Source: Streptosporangiaceae bacterium (GTDB lineage Bacteria > Actinomycetota > Actinomycetes > Streptosporangiales > Streptosporangiaceae). From it: a stretch of 64,000 bases of DNA. Positions within the stretch are counted from its first letter, which is position 1. Every line of letters starts with the position of its first letter. This document shows positions 35,472-44,320 of this stretch, piece by piece. Below the pieces are notes generated by a model, which saw only the letters and a program-made list of their open reading frames with translations, was not told the DNA's origin and searched no databases. The stretch is from the NCBI GenBank assembly GCA_035642895.1, contig DASQRM010000190.1, forward strand, positions 9,398 through 73,397. The letters are read 5' to 3'. The translations under genes were made by a program, and so were the position numbers.

Positions 35472-37237
35472 GGCACCTCCATGGCGATCATGGTCGGCCC
35501 GCCCGGCGGGCTGTTCACCGCCAGGATGCCATCGAACGCACCTAGCCGCTGTTCCACGCCACGCAGCCCGGACCCCCGGGCCGGGTCCGCCCCGCCCGCC
35601 CCGTCGTCGGCGACCTGGACCCGCAGCAGGCCCGCCTGGTGCTCCATACGGATATGCACCCGGCGCGCCCCCGAGTGCCGCACCGCGTTGGCCAGGGCCT
35701 CCGCCACCGCGAAGTAGCAGGCCGACTCCACCGGCGTGGCCAGCCGCCCGGGCAGGTCGATGTCCAGGTCCACCGGGAATGGAGTGTCCAGGGCCAGGGC
35801 CCGCACGGCGTGGCCGAGACCCCGGTCGGCCAGGACTGGCGGGCAGATACCGCGCACCAGGTCGCGCAGGTCGCTGAGGGCGCGCAGCGACGTCTCCCTG
35901 GCCTCGGCGACCAGCGCCAGCGCGGCCTCCGGCCGGGCCGGCAGCATGCGCTCGACCGCGCGCAAGTTCATGCCCAGCGCGATCAGCCGGGCCTGCGCGC
36001 CGTCGTGCAGGTCACGCTCGATCCGGCGCAGTTCGGTGGCGGCGTGGTCCACGGCCAGGCTCCGGGTTTCGGTCAGCCGCTGCACCCGGCCCTCCAGTTC
36101 CAGGTCCCGCCCGGGGGGGACCAGGAGCGCGCGGGTATGTGCCCCGAGCGTCCGCGGCACCAGCCACGCAGCCACCACGAGGAACGCGCTGGCCTCGGCC
36201 CCGGCCAGCATGGCCGTCTCGCGGCTGCTGACCAGGACGGTCCCGTAGAGAAGGGCGGGCTGCGCCAGCCTCGGGGGCAGCGACTGCCAGCTCGCGGCGA
36301 GCATGAAACCGCGGGCCGCGAACGCGGCCAGTGCCAGCGGGACCAGGTCCGCGGCGATGACCGGCCACCGGACCGCGGTGACGACGGAGACCAGGACCAG
36401 CGCGACCGTCCACAGGTGCACGCCGAACACGGTCAGGCCGAGCAGCGCGACCGGGATCAGGAGAATGCCCCAGCGATTCTCCAGCATCCGACGCCGCAGG
36501 TAGGAGAGCAGCCCGGCGGTGTGCGCGCGCAGCGCGGCCAGGGTACGCGGCAGCAGCCACAGGCCCAGGGTGAGCAGCAGCAAGGCCAGCGGCACCAGGT
36601 AGCCAGGCCAGAATCCGGCGCCGCGGTGGATCTGAACGGGCAGGCCCCCGCCCTTGACGGTCCACGACCATCCCCGGCCGGCCATCGCCTGGACGGCGAT
36701 CTTCGGCGGGGGGCCGTAGAAGTGCGCGCCCGCGGGCATCTTGACCGGACCGCGGAACCCGGACAGCGGCGCGTTGACCGTAATGCGGGAACCGGGCACC
36801 GGGGCGAGGACCGTAGTCCGGGAACCGGGCCCCGGCGCGAGCCGGGCGACGACGGACCGGCGGCCGACCACGGCACCCGCCCGGACCATCTTGATCTGGG
36901 CGATCTTGGCCGCGCCAGGCCCGCTGACCAGGCGCTGCTTGAACGCGACCAGCGCGGATACCGCCCACCAAGACTGCGCGGGCGTGGTGGCCGCCACCAC
37001 CAGACCGCTGATGCCGGCGACCACCATGGTGACCGGCAGCACCATCGCCGCCATGACCGGCCGCCAGAGTGCGACCACGACGGCCAGCAGGACCGCCGCC
37101 ACGGTCCACGGGCGCAGCCCGAACAGCACCGGGGCCATCGCGGCCACGGGCACGAGCAGGACACCCCGGCCCAGACGACGCAGGAGCCGGCCGATAACGC
37201 GCCACAGGACGACCACCAGGATTCCCATGTCACCCAT
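35435..37237 (-). CDS. sensor histidine kinase (HisKA_3 type) with a large duplicated membrane N-terminal region
   Basis: ORF 35435-37237. ERDLHDGAQARL H-box, HATPase region VAEALANAVRHSGA...DDGAGG. Overlaps the response-regulator start. Confidence 0.9.
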   Translation of the reverse strand: MGDMGILVVVLWRVIGRLLRRLGRGVLLVPVAAMAPVLFGLRPWTVAAVLLAVVVALWRPVMAAMVLPVTMVVAGISGLVVAATTPAQSWWAVSALVAFKQRLVSGPGAAKIAQIKMVRAGAVVGRRSVVARLAPGPGSRTTVLAPVPGSRITVNAPLSGFRGPVKMPAGAHFYGPPPKIAVQAMAGRGWSWTVKGGGLPVQIHRGAGFWPGYLVPLALLLLTLGLWLLPRTLAALRAHTAGLLSYLRRRMLENRWGILLIPVALLGLTVFGVHLWTVALVLVSVVTAVRWPVIAADLVPLALAAFAARGFMLAASWQSLPPRLAQPALLYGTVLVSSRETAMLAGAEASAFLVVAAWLVPRTLGAHTRALLVPPGRDLELEGRVQRLTETRSLAVDHAATELRRIERDLHDGAQARLIALGMNLRAVERMLPARPEAALALVAEARETSLRALSDLRDLVRGICPPVLADRGLGHAVRALALDTPFPVDLDIDLPGRLATPVESACYFAVAEALANAVRHSGARRVHIRMEHQAGLLRVQVADDGAGGADPARGSGLRGVEQRLGAFDGILAVNSPPGGPTMIAMEVPCALSSPKTCSC

Positions 37238-37299
37238 CGTGACGCCGCCGGGGCGCCGGGCGCTATGGGGGCGTACCTAATTCCGGGGTGGGCCTGGGC

Positions 37300-38256
37300 C
37301 TACCCGCGGGGACCGGGGTCAGGGACAGGCCGGCCCTCGACCGGACAGGCCCGGCCCCGGGCGAACCGGGCGGGGGTGACCGCCACATGCCGCTTGAAGT
37401 GCCGGGTGAAATGCGCCTGATCGTAAAAACCCAGGTCTGCCGCGACGTCGGCAGGGCGGGCGCCCTGGAGCAGGGCGCGCCGGGCGGCGTCCACCCGGCG
37501 GCCGATCAGGTAGGCGTGCGGGCTCACCCCGAACTCGCGGGTGAAGCTGCGGACCAGATGCGGGACGGACCGGCCCAGCTGCGCCGCGGCGGCCCCGAGC
37601 GTGACCGGCTCGGCCAGGTGCTCGTCGAGGAGATCGCGCAACTGGCCGGCCAGGTGCGGCTCCGGCTCGCGGTGCGGCGGCCAGTGACCGAGGTGGGCGG
37701 CGATGCGTTCGGTGACGAAACCCAGCCGCGCCTGCACCCGGAGCTGCTCACCGGGATCGGCCAGCCAGGCAGCAGGCTGCCTCCCGCTGGGCGGGTCGTC
37801 CTTGGGCGGGTCAGCGCTGGGCGGGTGATCGCTGGGCGGGTCGTCCTTGGGCGGGTCAGCGCTGGTGAGGCAGTCATGCAGCCCGGCCAGGGCCCGGCGC
37901 AGCCGGCCATCCCGGATCGCCGTGTGGTCGACCGCCGCACCGACCAGCGTGGCGGGCAGGAACGTCATCGGCAGGTACAGCTCACGCTTGCGGAAGCCGA
38001 GCTGGCCGGGGGCGGGACGCCCGTCGTGCACGACTCCGGGCGGAAGGATGGTGACGGTCTCGCCGCCCGCCGTGCAACTGCGGCGATCGAGGCTGTAGCG
38101 GATGGCGCCCGCGTCCACGATGAGGACCGCCCAGGTGTCGTGGCAGTGTGGCGGGTACGCCCAGCCCGTCATGCGGGCGTGGAACACCTCGGCGATCCCG
38201 GGGACCGGCGGTACCCAGGCCTCGACGTGACAGTTCCCTTCCCGGCCGCCGTCCAC
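37300..38256 (-). CDS. AraC family transcriptional regulator with a cupin-like N-terminal domain
   Basis: Part of ORF 37300-38790. GTG 38256 is the preferred start (ATG 38172 is the alternative). AYPPHCHDTWAVLIVDAG. C-terminal HTH GRSVPHLVRSFTREFGVSPHAYLIGRRV...GFYDQAHFTRHFKR. Confidence 0.8.
   Translation of the reverse strand: MDGGREGNCHVEAWVPPVPGIAEVFHARMTGWAYPPHCHDTWAVLIVDAGAIRYSLDRRSCTAGGETVTILPPGVVHDGRPAPGQLGFRKRELYLPMTFLPATLVGAAVDHTAIRDGRLRRALAGLHDCLTSADPPKDDPPSDHPPSADPPKDDPPSGRQPAAWLADPGEQLRVQARLGFVTERIAAHLGHWPPHREPEPHLAGQLRDLLDEHLAEPVTLGAAAAQLGRSVPHLVRSFTREFGVSPHAYLIGRRVDAARRALLQGARPADVAADLGFYDQAHFTRHFKRHVAVTPARFARGRACPVEGRPVPDPGPRG
37789..37863 (-). repeat. in-frame 15-bp tandem repeat x5 in the AraC linker (DPPKD/DPPSD/HPPSA...)
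   Basis: GGGCGGGT recurs at 37789, 37804, 37819, 37834 and 37849. Confidence 0.9.
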
Positions 38257-38304
38257 ATCAAGACCGTACAAGACGGGTCCGGACCGGCGGCGGATCGTAG
38301 GGTC

Positions 38305-38703
38305 ATGGAATCCAGCCCAGTGAACGTCGCCGCCGCGCTCGCCCAGTTCGACGAGATCTACCTGCCCCGGATCATCGGCCGGGTCAATGACTACGACGTC
38401 CGTATCGCACACACCCGCGGTGACCACGTCTGGCATAGCCACGACCACACCGATGAGTTCTTCCTGGTGCTCAGCGGGCAGTTCAATATTTCGCTCCGTG
38501 ACACCGGTGGCGGTGGCGAGCGGACCGTGCAACTGCGGACCGGAGACATGTTCGTGGTGCCCCGGGGCACCGAGCATAAGCCCAGCTCCCCCGGCGGCTC
38601 CATCTTGATGTTCGAGCCGGCCGGGACGTCCACGACCGGCGACCGCCATGACGGTGCCATTCCCGCGCACGTGACCAGCACCACCGGGGTCCCCCCGGCT
38701 TAG
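38305..38703 (+). CDS. cupin domain protein
   Basis: Last 132 codons of ORF 37288-38703, from ATG 38305. HVWHSHDHTDEFFLVLSG...MFVVPRGTEHKP. Divergent from the AraC gene. Confidence 0.8.
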   Translation: MESSPVNVAAALAQFDEIYLPRIIGRVNDYDVRIAHTRGDHVWHSHDHTDEFFLVLSGQFNISLRDTGGGGERTVQLRTGDMFVVPRGTEHKPSSPGGSILMFEPAGTSTTGDRHDGAIPAHVTSTTGVPPA

Positions 38704-39164
38704 CCGACGACCGCCTCGACGCTGACCAGCAGGCGCCAGAGCCATTATCTCGCAGAATACAGATACCGCCCGCCCGAATCGGCTGGGCACCGTTGTCGCG
38801 ATACCGGGTTATGCTGCGTAACCGGGCGTCGCGGTAGCAGGGATAGCCGCCCGCGTATTCGAGATGACCCCGGAGAACGTGCCCGTGCCCAGGAAGTTGA
38901 TCCAGGGCAAATGGTGAGTCCGGGCGGGTGGTGACGTATTCACGGCGGGGTTGTCGAAATGGCCGTAGCGCGCTGCTGATTCCCGGGGTATCACCGGGCG
39001 GGCCAGTGGGCGAGAAGCGCCCGCACTGTGGCATCACCCTCCGGCCGGGACGGATGGCCGGCGTAATTTACCCAAACCCGGGGGCGATGTCGAGACTCTC
39101 GCAGCAGCTCCGTCCTAGGACCAGGAGCGCCGCCCAGGCGCGCCAGCCGGAAGGAGTAGCCATC

Positions 39165-39566
39165 ATGGACTGGAAACTGGAAGTAGTCGTCGTGCCGGTC
39201 ACCGACATCGACCGGGCCAAAGGTTTCTATCTCGGGAAGCTCGGATTCCATCTGGATGCCGACACGCAGCCCACACCGGACATGCGGGTGGTGCACATGA
39301 CGCCGCCCGGATCGGCCTGCTCGGTCGTGATCGGCCCGGCACTGATCAGCGCGGACGCCCCCGGTGGGGCCGCGGCGCGGCTCCAGCTGGTGGTCAGGGA
39401 CATCCGCGCGGCCCAGGCCGAGCTGACCGGCCGGGGCGTCGAGGTCTCGGAGATCCAGCAGCTCGACCCCCGGGACGGTGGGAAGTTCATATTCTTCGCC
39501 GACCTGGACGGCAATCAGTGGGCGGTGCAGGAGATCCGGGAGCGGGTCGGCGCGCCACTCGGCTGA
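39165..39566 (+). CDS. VOC (glyoxalase/bleomycin-resistance fold) family protein
   Basis: Last 133 codons of ORF 38928-39566. ATG 39165 follows GGAAGGAG. LEVVVVPVTDIDRAKGFYLGKLGF...FADLDGNQWAVQE. Confidence 0.85.
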   Translation: MDWKLEVVVVPVTDIDRAKGFYLGKLGFHLDADTQPTPDMRVVHMTPPGSACSVVIGPALISADAPGGAAARLQLVVRDIRAAQAELTGRGVEVSEIQQLDPRDGGKFIFFADLDGNQWAVQEIRERVGAPLG

Positions 39567-39614
39567 GCTGGCTGGCCGTGGAACTGGCCGGGCCCGGGGG
39601 TCAGCTGGGCCGGC

Positions 39615-41381
39615 TTAGGGGAGCCCGATACCCCCGGGCCGGATCCGGGCCAGCACCAGCGTGATGTCATCGTCGCCGCGCTGGCGCAGCGCCTGGGTGA
39701 CCGTTTCGCAGCCGGTGTCGAGTGGGCCGCCGGCCGGGGCCAGCACCGCGGCCAGGGCTGCACCCAGCGCGGCGATGCCCTCGTCCAGCGGCCGGATGCG
39801 GCTCTCCACCAGGCCGTCGGTGTACAGGGCGAGGGTGGTCCCCGGGGACAGGCTTACTTCCGCCGCCTCGAAGGACCCGGTGCCGAGGCCGAGCGGGAGC
39901 CCGGGCGGGAGGTCGACCACCAGCGGGGCCCGGTCGGGCCGGGCCAGCAACGGCGGCGGATGGCCGGCCTTCGCGATCACGCACGAATTCCGCTCCGGGT
40001 CGATCACCGCGTAGATACAGGTGGCGAACGGCGCCGCGGGCATCCCGGCGGCCATCCGGTCCAACCGGTGCAAGATGTCCTCCGGAGGCAGATCGAGGCT
40101 GGCCAGGGTGTGGGCGGCGGTGCGCAGCTGCACCATGACCGCCGCCGCCTCCGGGCCATGACCCATCGCATCCCCGACGATCAGCGCTGCCCGCCCGCCC
40201 GGCAACCGCACGATGTCGTGCCAGTCACCACCTACCACGCTCGCCCCCACCGGGAAATACCGGTGCGCGACCTCCATCCCGGCCGGGATGCGCGGCTCGC
40301 GGGGCAGCAGGCCGTGCTGGAGGGCAAACGCGGTCCGCCGCTCCCGGCCGTAGAGCCGGGCGTTGTCGATGCACACCGCGGCCCGGGCGGCCAGCTCGGC
40401 AGCCAGTGCGATGTCATCGGGCTCAAAGCCGGGATCGCGGGGGGCCCGGGCGAAGGTCGCGCAGCCCAGCACCAGACCCCGCGCGGCCAGCGGGACGGCC
40501 AGGAACGTGGTGTAGCCGGCCGCGATCTGATGGCCGCCAGGCCGCCGGGTCAGCCGGTCGACGGTCTCCTGGCCGAGGTGATCGGACCGGACCGGCTGAC
40601 CGGTGCGCATAGCGCGGAAGCTGGGTGAGGCCCCGTCGAAGACGAGCACTTCGCCGGGGCGGAGCACGCTGTCGGTGACCGCCGGTGGCTGCCCGGCCAG
40701 CCGGGCTGCGAGGCGGCGCACCACCGCGGTGGACTCCGACCGTCGGGCCGCGACATCATCGGCGGCCAGCAGTGGTTCGGAGACGAAGATGGTGGCCGCG
40801 GCGGCGAACGCGGGCACGGCGACCTCGGTGACCTCGCGGGCCGTGCGGGTCAGGTCGAGCGTGGTGCCGATCCGGGTCGCCGCCTCGCTCAGCAGGTCCG
40901 GGCCGGGGTGGGCCGGGATGGCCGGAGCACTCTGGATGATCACGAGAGCACCGCCAGGCCCGGCCGGTGAGCCGCCGGGCGCCGGTTCGCAGTGCATGGT
41001 GGCCAGGCCGCCCGTCCGGGCGAAGGCGAGGTCCACGGCCGCGGTCCATGGCCGTCCCGCACCGACCTCGGCCAGCGCCTGCCCTAACAGCTCGCGCTGG
41101 CCCGGGCGGTTGAGCAGCACGTCACCCAGGTGCTGCCCGGTTATCTCCCCGGCCGTCCGGCCGAACAACCGCTCGGCCGTGACTGACCATGAGGTCACCA
41201 GCCCGGCTGCGTCCACGGTGAGCACCGCGAAGCTGATTCCGCCGGCGCCGGGCCGGCCGGGTGGCGCCGGATCGTCCGCCCCGGCTATCTGTGTCACCAC
41301 CGCGTCTGCACCAATCCTTGCCCAGGAGCACGGCCATTCCTGGACCCGGAGATCCAGTGCTGTGCGATATCGTGCAATCAC
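39615..41381 (-). CDS. PAS-GAF-SpoIIE (PP2C-type) protein phosphatase
   Basis: ORF 39615-41381. N-terminal PAS-like segment (VTSWSVTAERLFGRTAGEITG), a GAF-like middle, and C-terminal GGDWHDIV...VGDAMGHG...LYTDGLVE. Confidence 0.88.
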   Translation of the reverse strand: MIARYRTALDLRVQEWPCSWARIGADAVVTQIAGADDPAPPGRPGAGGISFAVLTVDAAGLVTSWSVTAERLFGRTAGEITGQHLGDVLLNRPGQRELLGQALAEVGAGRPWTAAVDLAFARTGGLATMHCEPAPGGSPAGPGGALVIIQSAPAIPAHPGPDLLSEAATRIGTTLDLTRTAREVTEVAVPAFAAAATIFVSEPLLAADDVAARRSESTAVVRRLAARLAGQPPAVTDSVLRPGEVLVFDGASPSFRAMRTGQPVRSDHLGQETVDRLTRRPGGHQIAAGYTTFLAVPLAARGLVLGCATFARAPRDPGFEPDDIALAAELAARAAVCIDNARLYGRERRTAFALQHGLLPREPRIPAGMEVAHRYFPVGASVVGGDWHDIVRLPGGRAALIVGDAMGHGPEAAAVMVQLRTAAHTLASLDLPPEDILHRLDRMAAGMPAAPFATCIYAVIDPERNSCVIAKAGHPPPLLARPDRAPLVVDLPPGLPLGLGTGSFEAAEVSLSPGTTLALYTDGLVESRIRPLDEGIAALGAALAAVLAPAGGPLDTGCETVTQALRQRGDDDITLVLARIRPGGIGLP

Positions 41382-41421
41382 GAAAGGTACCGCATTATGC
41401 GCGGCTTAATGCGGCCTATAC

Positions 41422-41487
41422 GGAGGCGCACGTGGCTGATACAGGAGGCGCGCGTGGCTGATACAGGAGGCGCATGTGGCTGACGAG
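41422..41487 (+). repeat. 22-bp tandem repeat x3, each copy carrying GGAGG plus GTG (triplicated translation initiation region)
   Basis: GGAGGCGCACGTGGCTGATACA / GGAGGCGCGCGTGGCTGATACA / GGAGGCGCATGTGGCTGACGAG. The GTGs are at 41432, 41454 and 41476. Confidence 0.9.
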
Positions 41488-42288
41488 CCCGACTGGGTGC
41501 CGGCGGGCGTCGACTCCGGGCGGGCGAACGCCGCCCGGGTCTATGACTACCTGCTGGGCGGTAGCCATAATTTCCTGGTCGACCAGGATGCGGGCCGGGC
41601 TTTTACCTCAGTGGACCCCGACGCCCGGACGTTCGCCCGGGCCAACCGGGCGTTCCTGGGCCGGGCCGTGCGGTTCCTGGCCGGGACCGGTATCCGGCAG
41701 TTCCTCGACATAGGTTCCGGCATCCCAACCCAGGGCAACGTGCACGAGGTCGCCCAGCAGGCCGACCCAGCCGCGCGGGTGGTCTATGCGGACATCGACC
41801 CGGTCGCCATCGCGCACAGCAAGGTCATCCTGGACGGCAACAACAACGCCGCCGTGATCGACGCCGACCTGCGTGAGCCAGACAAGATCCTGGACCATGA
41901 GGCCGTCGCGCGGCTGATCCGCCCAGGCGAGCCCACCGGGCTGCTGCTCGTCGCGGTGCTGCACTTCATCAGCGACGCTGACGACCCCTGGAATCTGGTT
42001 ACCCGGCTGCGGGACGCGCTCGCGCCGGGTAGCTATCTCGTACTCAGTCACATCACGGCGACTGGCGATACCCCGGTGGTGAAGGCCTTCGAGAAGGCGT
42101 ACAACCGGACCGTGTCCACCCCGATCCGGGCCCGGCCGCCAGCGGACATCCTGCGCTTCTTCGACGGTTTCGAGCTGGTGGACCCGGGGCTGGTCTACGT
42201 CCCGCTGTGGCGGCCCGACTCGCCCGCCGACGTGCCCGAGGACCCCAGCCGGTTCGGGAACCTGGTGGGAGTCGCGCGGAAAGCCTGA
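41476..42288 (+). CDS. SAM-dependent methyltransferase, DUF574 family
   Basis: ORF 41476-42288. ARVYDYLLGGSHNF, FLDIGSGIPT, VVYADIDPVA, typical of the actinomycete DUF574 family. Confidence 0.9.
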   Translation: MADEPDWVPAGVDSGRANAARVYDYLLGGSHNFLVDQDAGRAFTSVDPDARTFARANRAFLGRAVRFLAGTGIRQFLDIGSGIPTQGNVHEVAQQADPAARVVYADIDPVAIAHSKVILDGNNNAAVIDADLREPDKILDHEAVARLIRPGEPTGLLLVAVLHFISDADDPWNLVTRLRDALAPGSYLVLSHITATGDTPVVKAFEKAYNRTVSTPIRARPPADILRFFDGFELVDPGLVYVPLWRPDSPADVPEDPSRFGNLVGVARKA

Positions 42289-42353
42289 CCGGGTGAGCTG
42301 ACCATCCGCGGCGGTACCGGTCGGTCGGTACCGCTCCGGGTATGGAGGCGGTC

Positions 42354-43178
42354 ATGAAGGTTTTCCTGTCCAGCGACATGGAAGGCACCGCGGGGGTGGT
42401 CGACTGGGCGCAATGCGTCGGCGACGGCCCGGAAGCGGCCGCGGGCCGCCGGCTGCTGCTCGCCGAGGTGAACGCGGCCATCGAGGGCGCGCGGGCGGGC
42501 GGGGCCAGCGAGATCGTGGTCAACGACTCGCACTCGACCATGCGCAACCTGCCGCCGGACGCCCTGGCGGGCCAGGCGTCCTACATCTCCGGCAGCCACA
42601 AGCCGCTCTACATGATGCAGGGACTGGACAGCAGCTTCGACGCGGTGCTGTTCGTGTCCTACCACGGCTCGATCGGGGTGGCGGCCGGGCTGTCGCACAC
42701 CTATAACCCGCGGGCCGTGATCGAAGCCCGGCTGGACGGCGTGGTGACCGGCGAGGCGGGCATCAACGCGCTGGTGGCCGCGCACTACGGCGTGCCGGTG
42801 GTGCTGGTCACCGGGGACCGGTGCGCCTGCGAGGAGACCGCGGCCCTCATCCCCGGCGTCCACGCGGCCGTGGTCAAGGAGCCGGTCAGCCGGTCAGCCG
42901 CGCACAGCCTGCACCCGGCGCAGGCGTGCGCGCTGATCCGGGAGAGCGCGGAGCGGGCGGTGGCCGGTGCGGCCACGGCGCAGCCGCCACCGCTGGGCCA
43001 GGCGGTGCTGGAGCTATCCGTCCGGACCACCGACATCGCCGAGGCGGCCAGCTGGGTCCGCGGGGTGGTGCGCACCGGCCCGCGGGAACTGCGCTGCACC
43101 GGGGACGACCCGCTGGCCACGTACCGTTCGTTCTGCGCGGCGATCCTGCTGACCCGCGGGATCGCCCAGATAGTGTGA
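42354..43178 (+). CDS. M55 family metallopeptidase (DppA-type D-aminopeptidase)
   Basis: Part of ORF 42342-43178. ATG 42354 gives MKVFLSSDMEGTAGV. Confidence 0.88.
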   Translation: MKVFLSSDMEGTAGVVDWAQCVGDGPEAAAGRRLLLAEVNAAIEGARAGGASEIVVNDSHSTMRNLPPDALAGQASYISGSHKPLYMMQGLDSSFDAVLFVSYHGSIGVAAGLSHTYNPRAVIEARLDGVVTGEAGINALVAAHYGVPVVLVTGDRCACEETAALIPGVHAAVVKEPVSRSAAHSLHPAQACALIRESAERAVAGAATAQPPPLGQAVLELSVRTTDIAEAASWVRGVVRTGPRELRCTGDDPLATYRSFCAAILLTRGIAQIV

Positions 43179-43276
43179 CCGGCCAGCCAGATCAGGCGCC
43201 TCCTGCGCGGTCGGCCCGGGCTCACGGGCGGACCAGTCGCAGGGGCCGGTGACCCCCGGCCGGGCGAAGAATCCGC

Positions 43277-44260
43277 CTACTCGTCGCAAATCTGGTCGGC
43301 GACGGCCAGCATCTCCCGGCCCACCGGCTGCAGCCCGATCTTCGTGGTCAGCAGGCCGGTCGAGACGCGTTCGACCACGCCCCACTGCCAGATGGCGGTG
43401 GCATCCAGGCCGCAGCGCCGGGCCAGCCATCCGGCCCGCTCCCAGGCCTTCTCGCGTACCATCCCCCGGGCCGCATCGTTGTGGGCCGCATCGTTGTCGG
43501 CCGCACCGTTGCGGGCCGCACTGGCCAGGAAGACCGCGGGATCCTCCCGCATCAGCACTCCCAGGTCATACTCGGGCTCGGCGATCAGCCCGTCGGGGTC
43601 GACGAGCTTGAATCCGGTGTCCGCCTGCAGCGCGTTCCACTTGTGGACGTCTCCGTGCACCAGGACCGCACGGGCGTCGTCGTGCGCGGCGATGCGGTCC
43701 GCCGCGCAGGCGAGGGCGTAGCCGACGGCACGCTCCGAACAAGGGCGGCCGAGTTCCTCCCAGGTCGCGGTGATGAAGGCAGTGAGCCAGCGGCCCTTGT
43801 CCGCCCCGGTCGGCAGGCCACAGCCCGCAGCCGGGCGCCAGACCCGCGCGGCGGCGGTGCAGAGGATCTCGAGCCGCTGCGCCAGGGGCAGTCCCAGCTC
43901 GTGTAGCGGGCGGCCGAGCCGCTCCAGCAGCAGCGCGCCGCGCTCCGGATCCGCCCGCAGCAGCCGCACGCACCCGTCGCCGCAGGCCAGCCGCAGCACG
44001 GTGACCTCGTTCCGGGCGTTGTTATCCGGCCCCGGGACGAGCAGCTTCAGCACCGCGGGTGTGCCGTCGGCCAGCGTGGCCTCCGCGACCAGGGCCTCGG
44101 TGGCGTCCTGGTAGGAGCGCCCCACGGTGATGGACCACTCTTGTTCCATGCTGGCGATCAGGCCCGCAAGGCCGTGCAGCCAAGGCCCGGCGCCGACCAC
44201 CAGGGCCTTGGTGCGCACCACGGCCGGGACGACAGGGTGGGTCCGGCCGTCCGCGTTCAC
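43277..44260 (-). CDS. aminoglycoside/hydroxyurea resistance kinase family protein (APH(6)-like)
   Basis: ORF 43277-44260. GCVRLLRADPERGALLLERLG, VLVHGDVHKWNAL, VDPDGLIAEPEYD. Confidence 0.82.
   Translation of the reverse strand: MNADGRTHPVVPAVVRTKALVVGAGPWLHGLAGLIASMEQEWSITVGRSYQDATEALVAEATLADGTPAVLKLLVPGPDNNARNEVTVLRLACGDGCVRLLRADPERGALLLERLGRPLHELGLPLAQRLEILCTAAARVWRPAAGCGLPTGADKGRWLTAFITATWEELGRPCSERAVGYALACAADRIAAHDDARAVLVHGDVHKWNALQADTGFKLVDPDGLIAEPEYDLGVLMREDPAVFLASAARNGAADNDAAHNDAARGMVREKAWERAGWLARRCGLDATAIWQWGVVERVSTGLLTTKIGLQPVGREMLAVADQICDE
43468..43527 (-). repeat. in-frame 15-bp tandem repeat x3-4 inside the APH-like gene (NGAADNDAAHNDAARG)
   Basis: GGGCCGCATCGTTGT x2, then CGGCCGCACCGTTGC and GGGCCGCACTGGCCA. 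Confidence 0.85.
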
Positions 44261-44320
44261 CGCTCCAGCGTAGGACCCCGCGGCGCCGGTGGTGAGCCGT
44301 GCGGGCGGTGAGCGGTGCCG

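Noticed and set aside
38483-39037. ORFs 38483-39037 (minus) and 38809-38994 (minus) as genes
   Set aside because: Their composition is poor, no credible start or SD is present, and the protein-like pieces switch frame. I kept this only as an unassigned-region finding.
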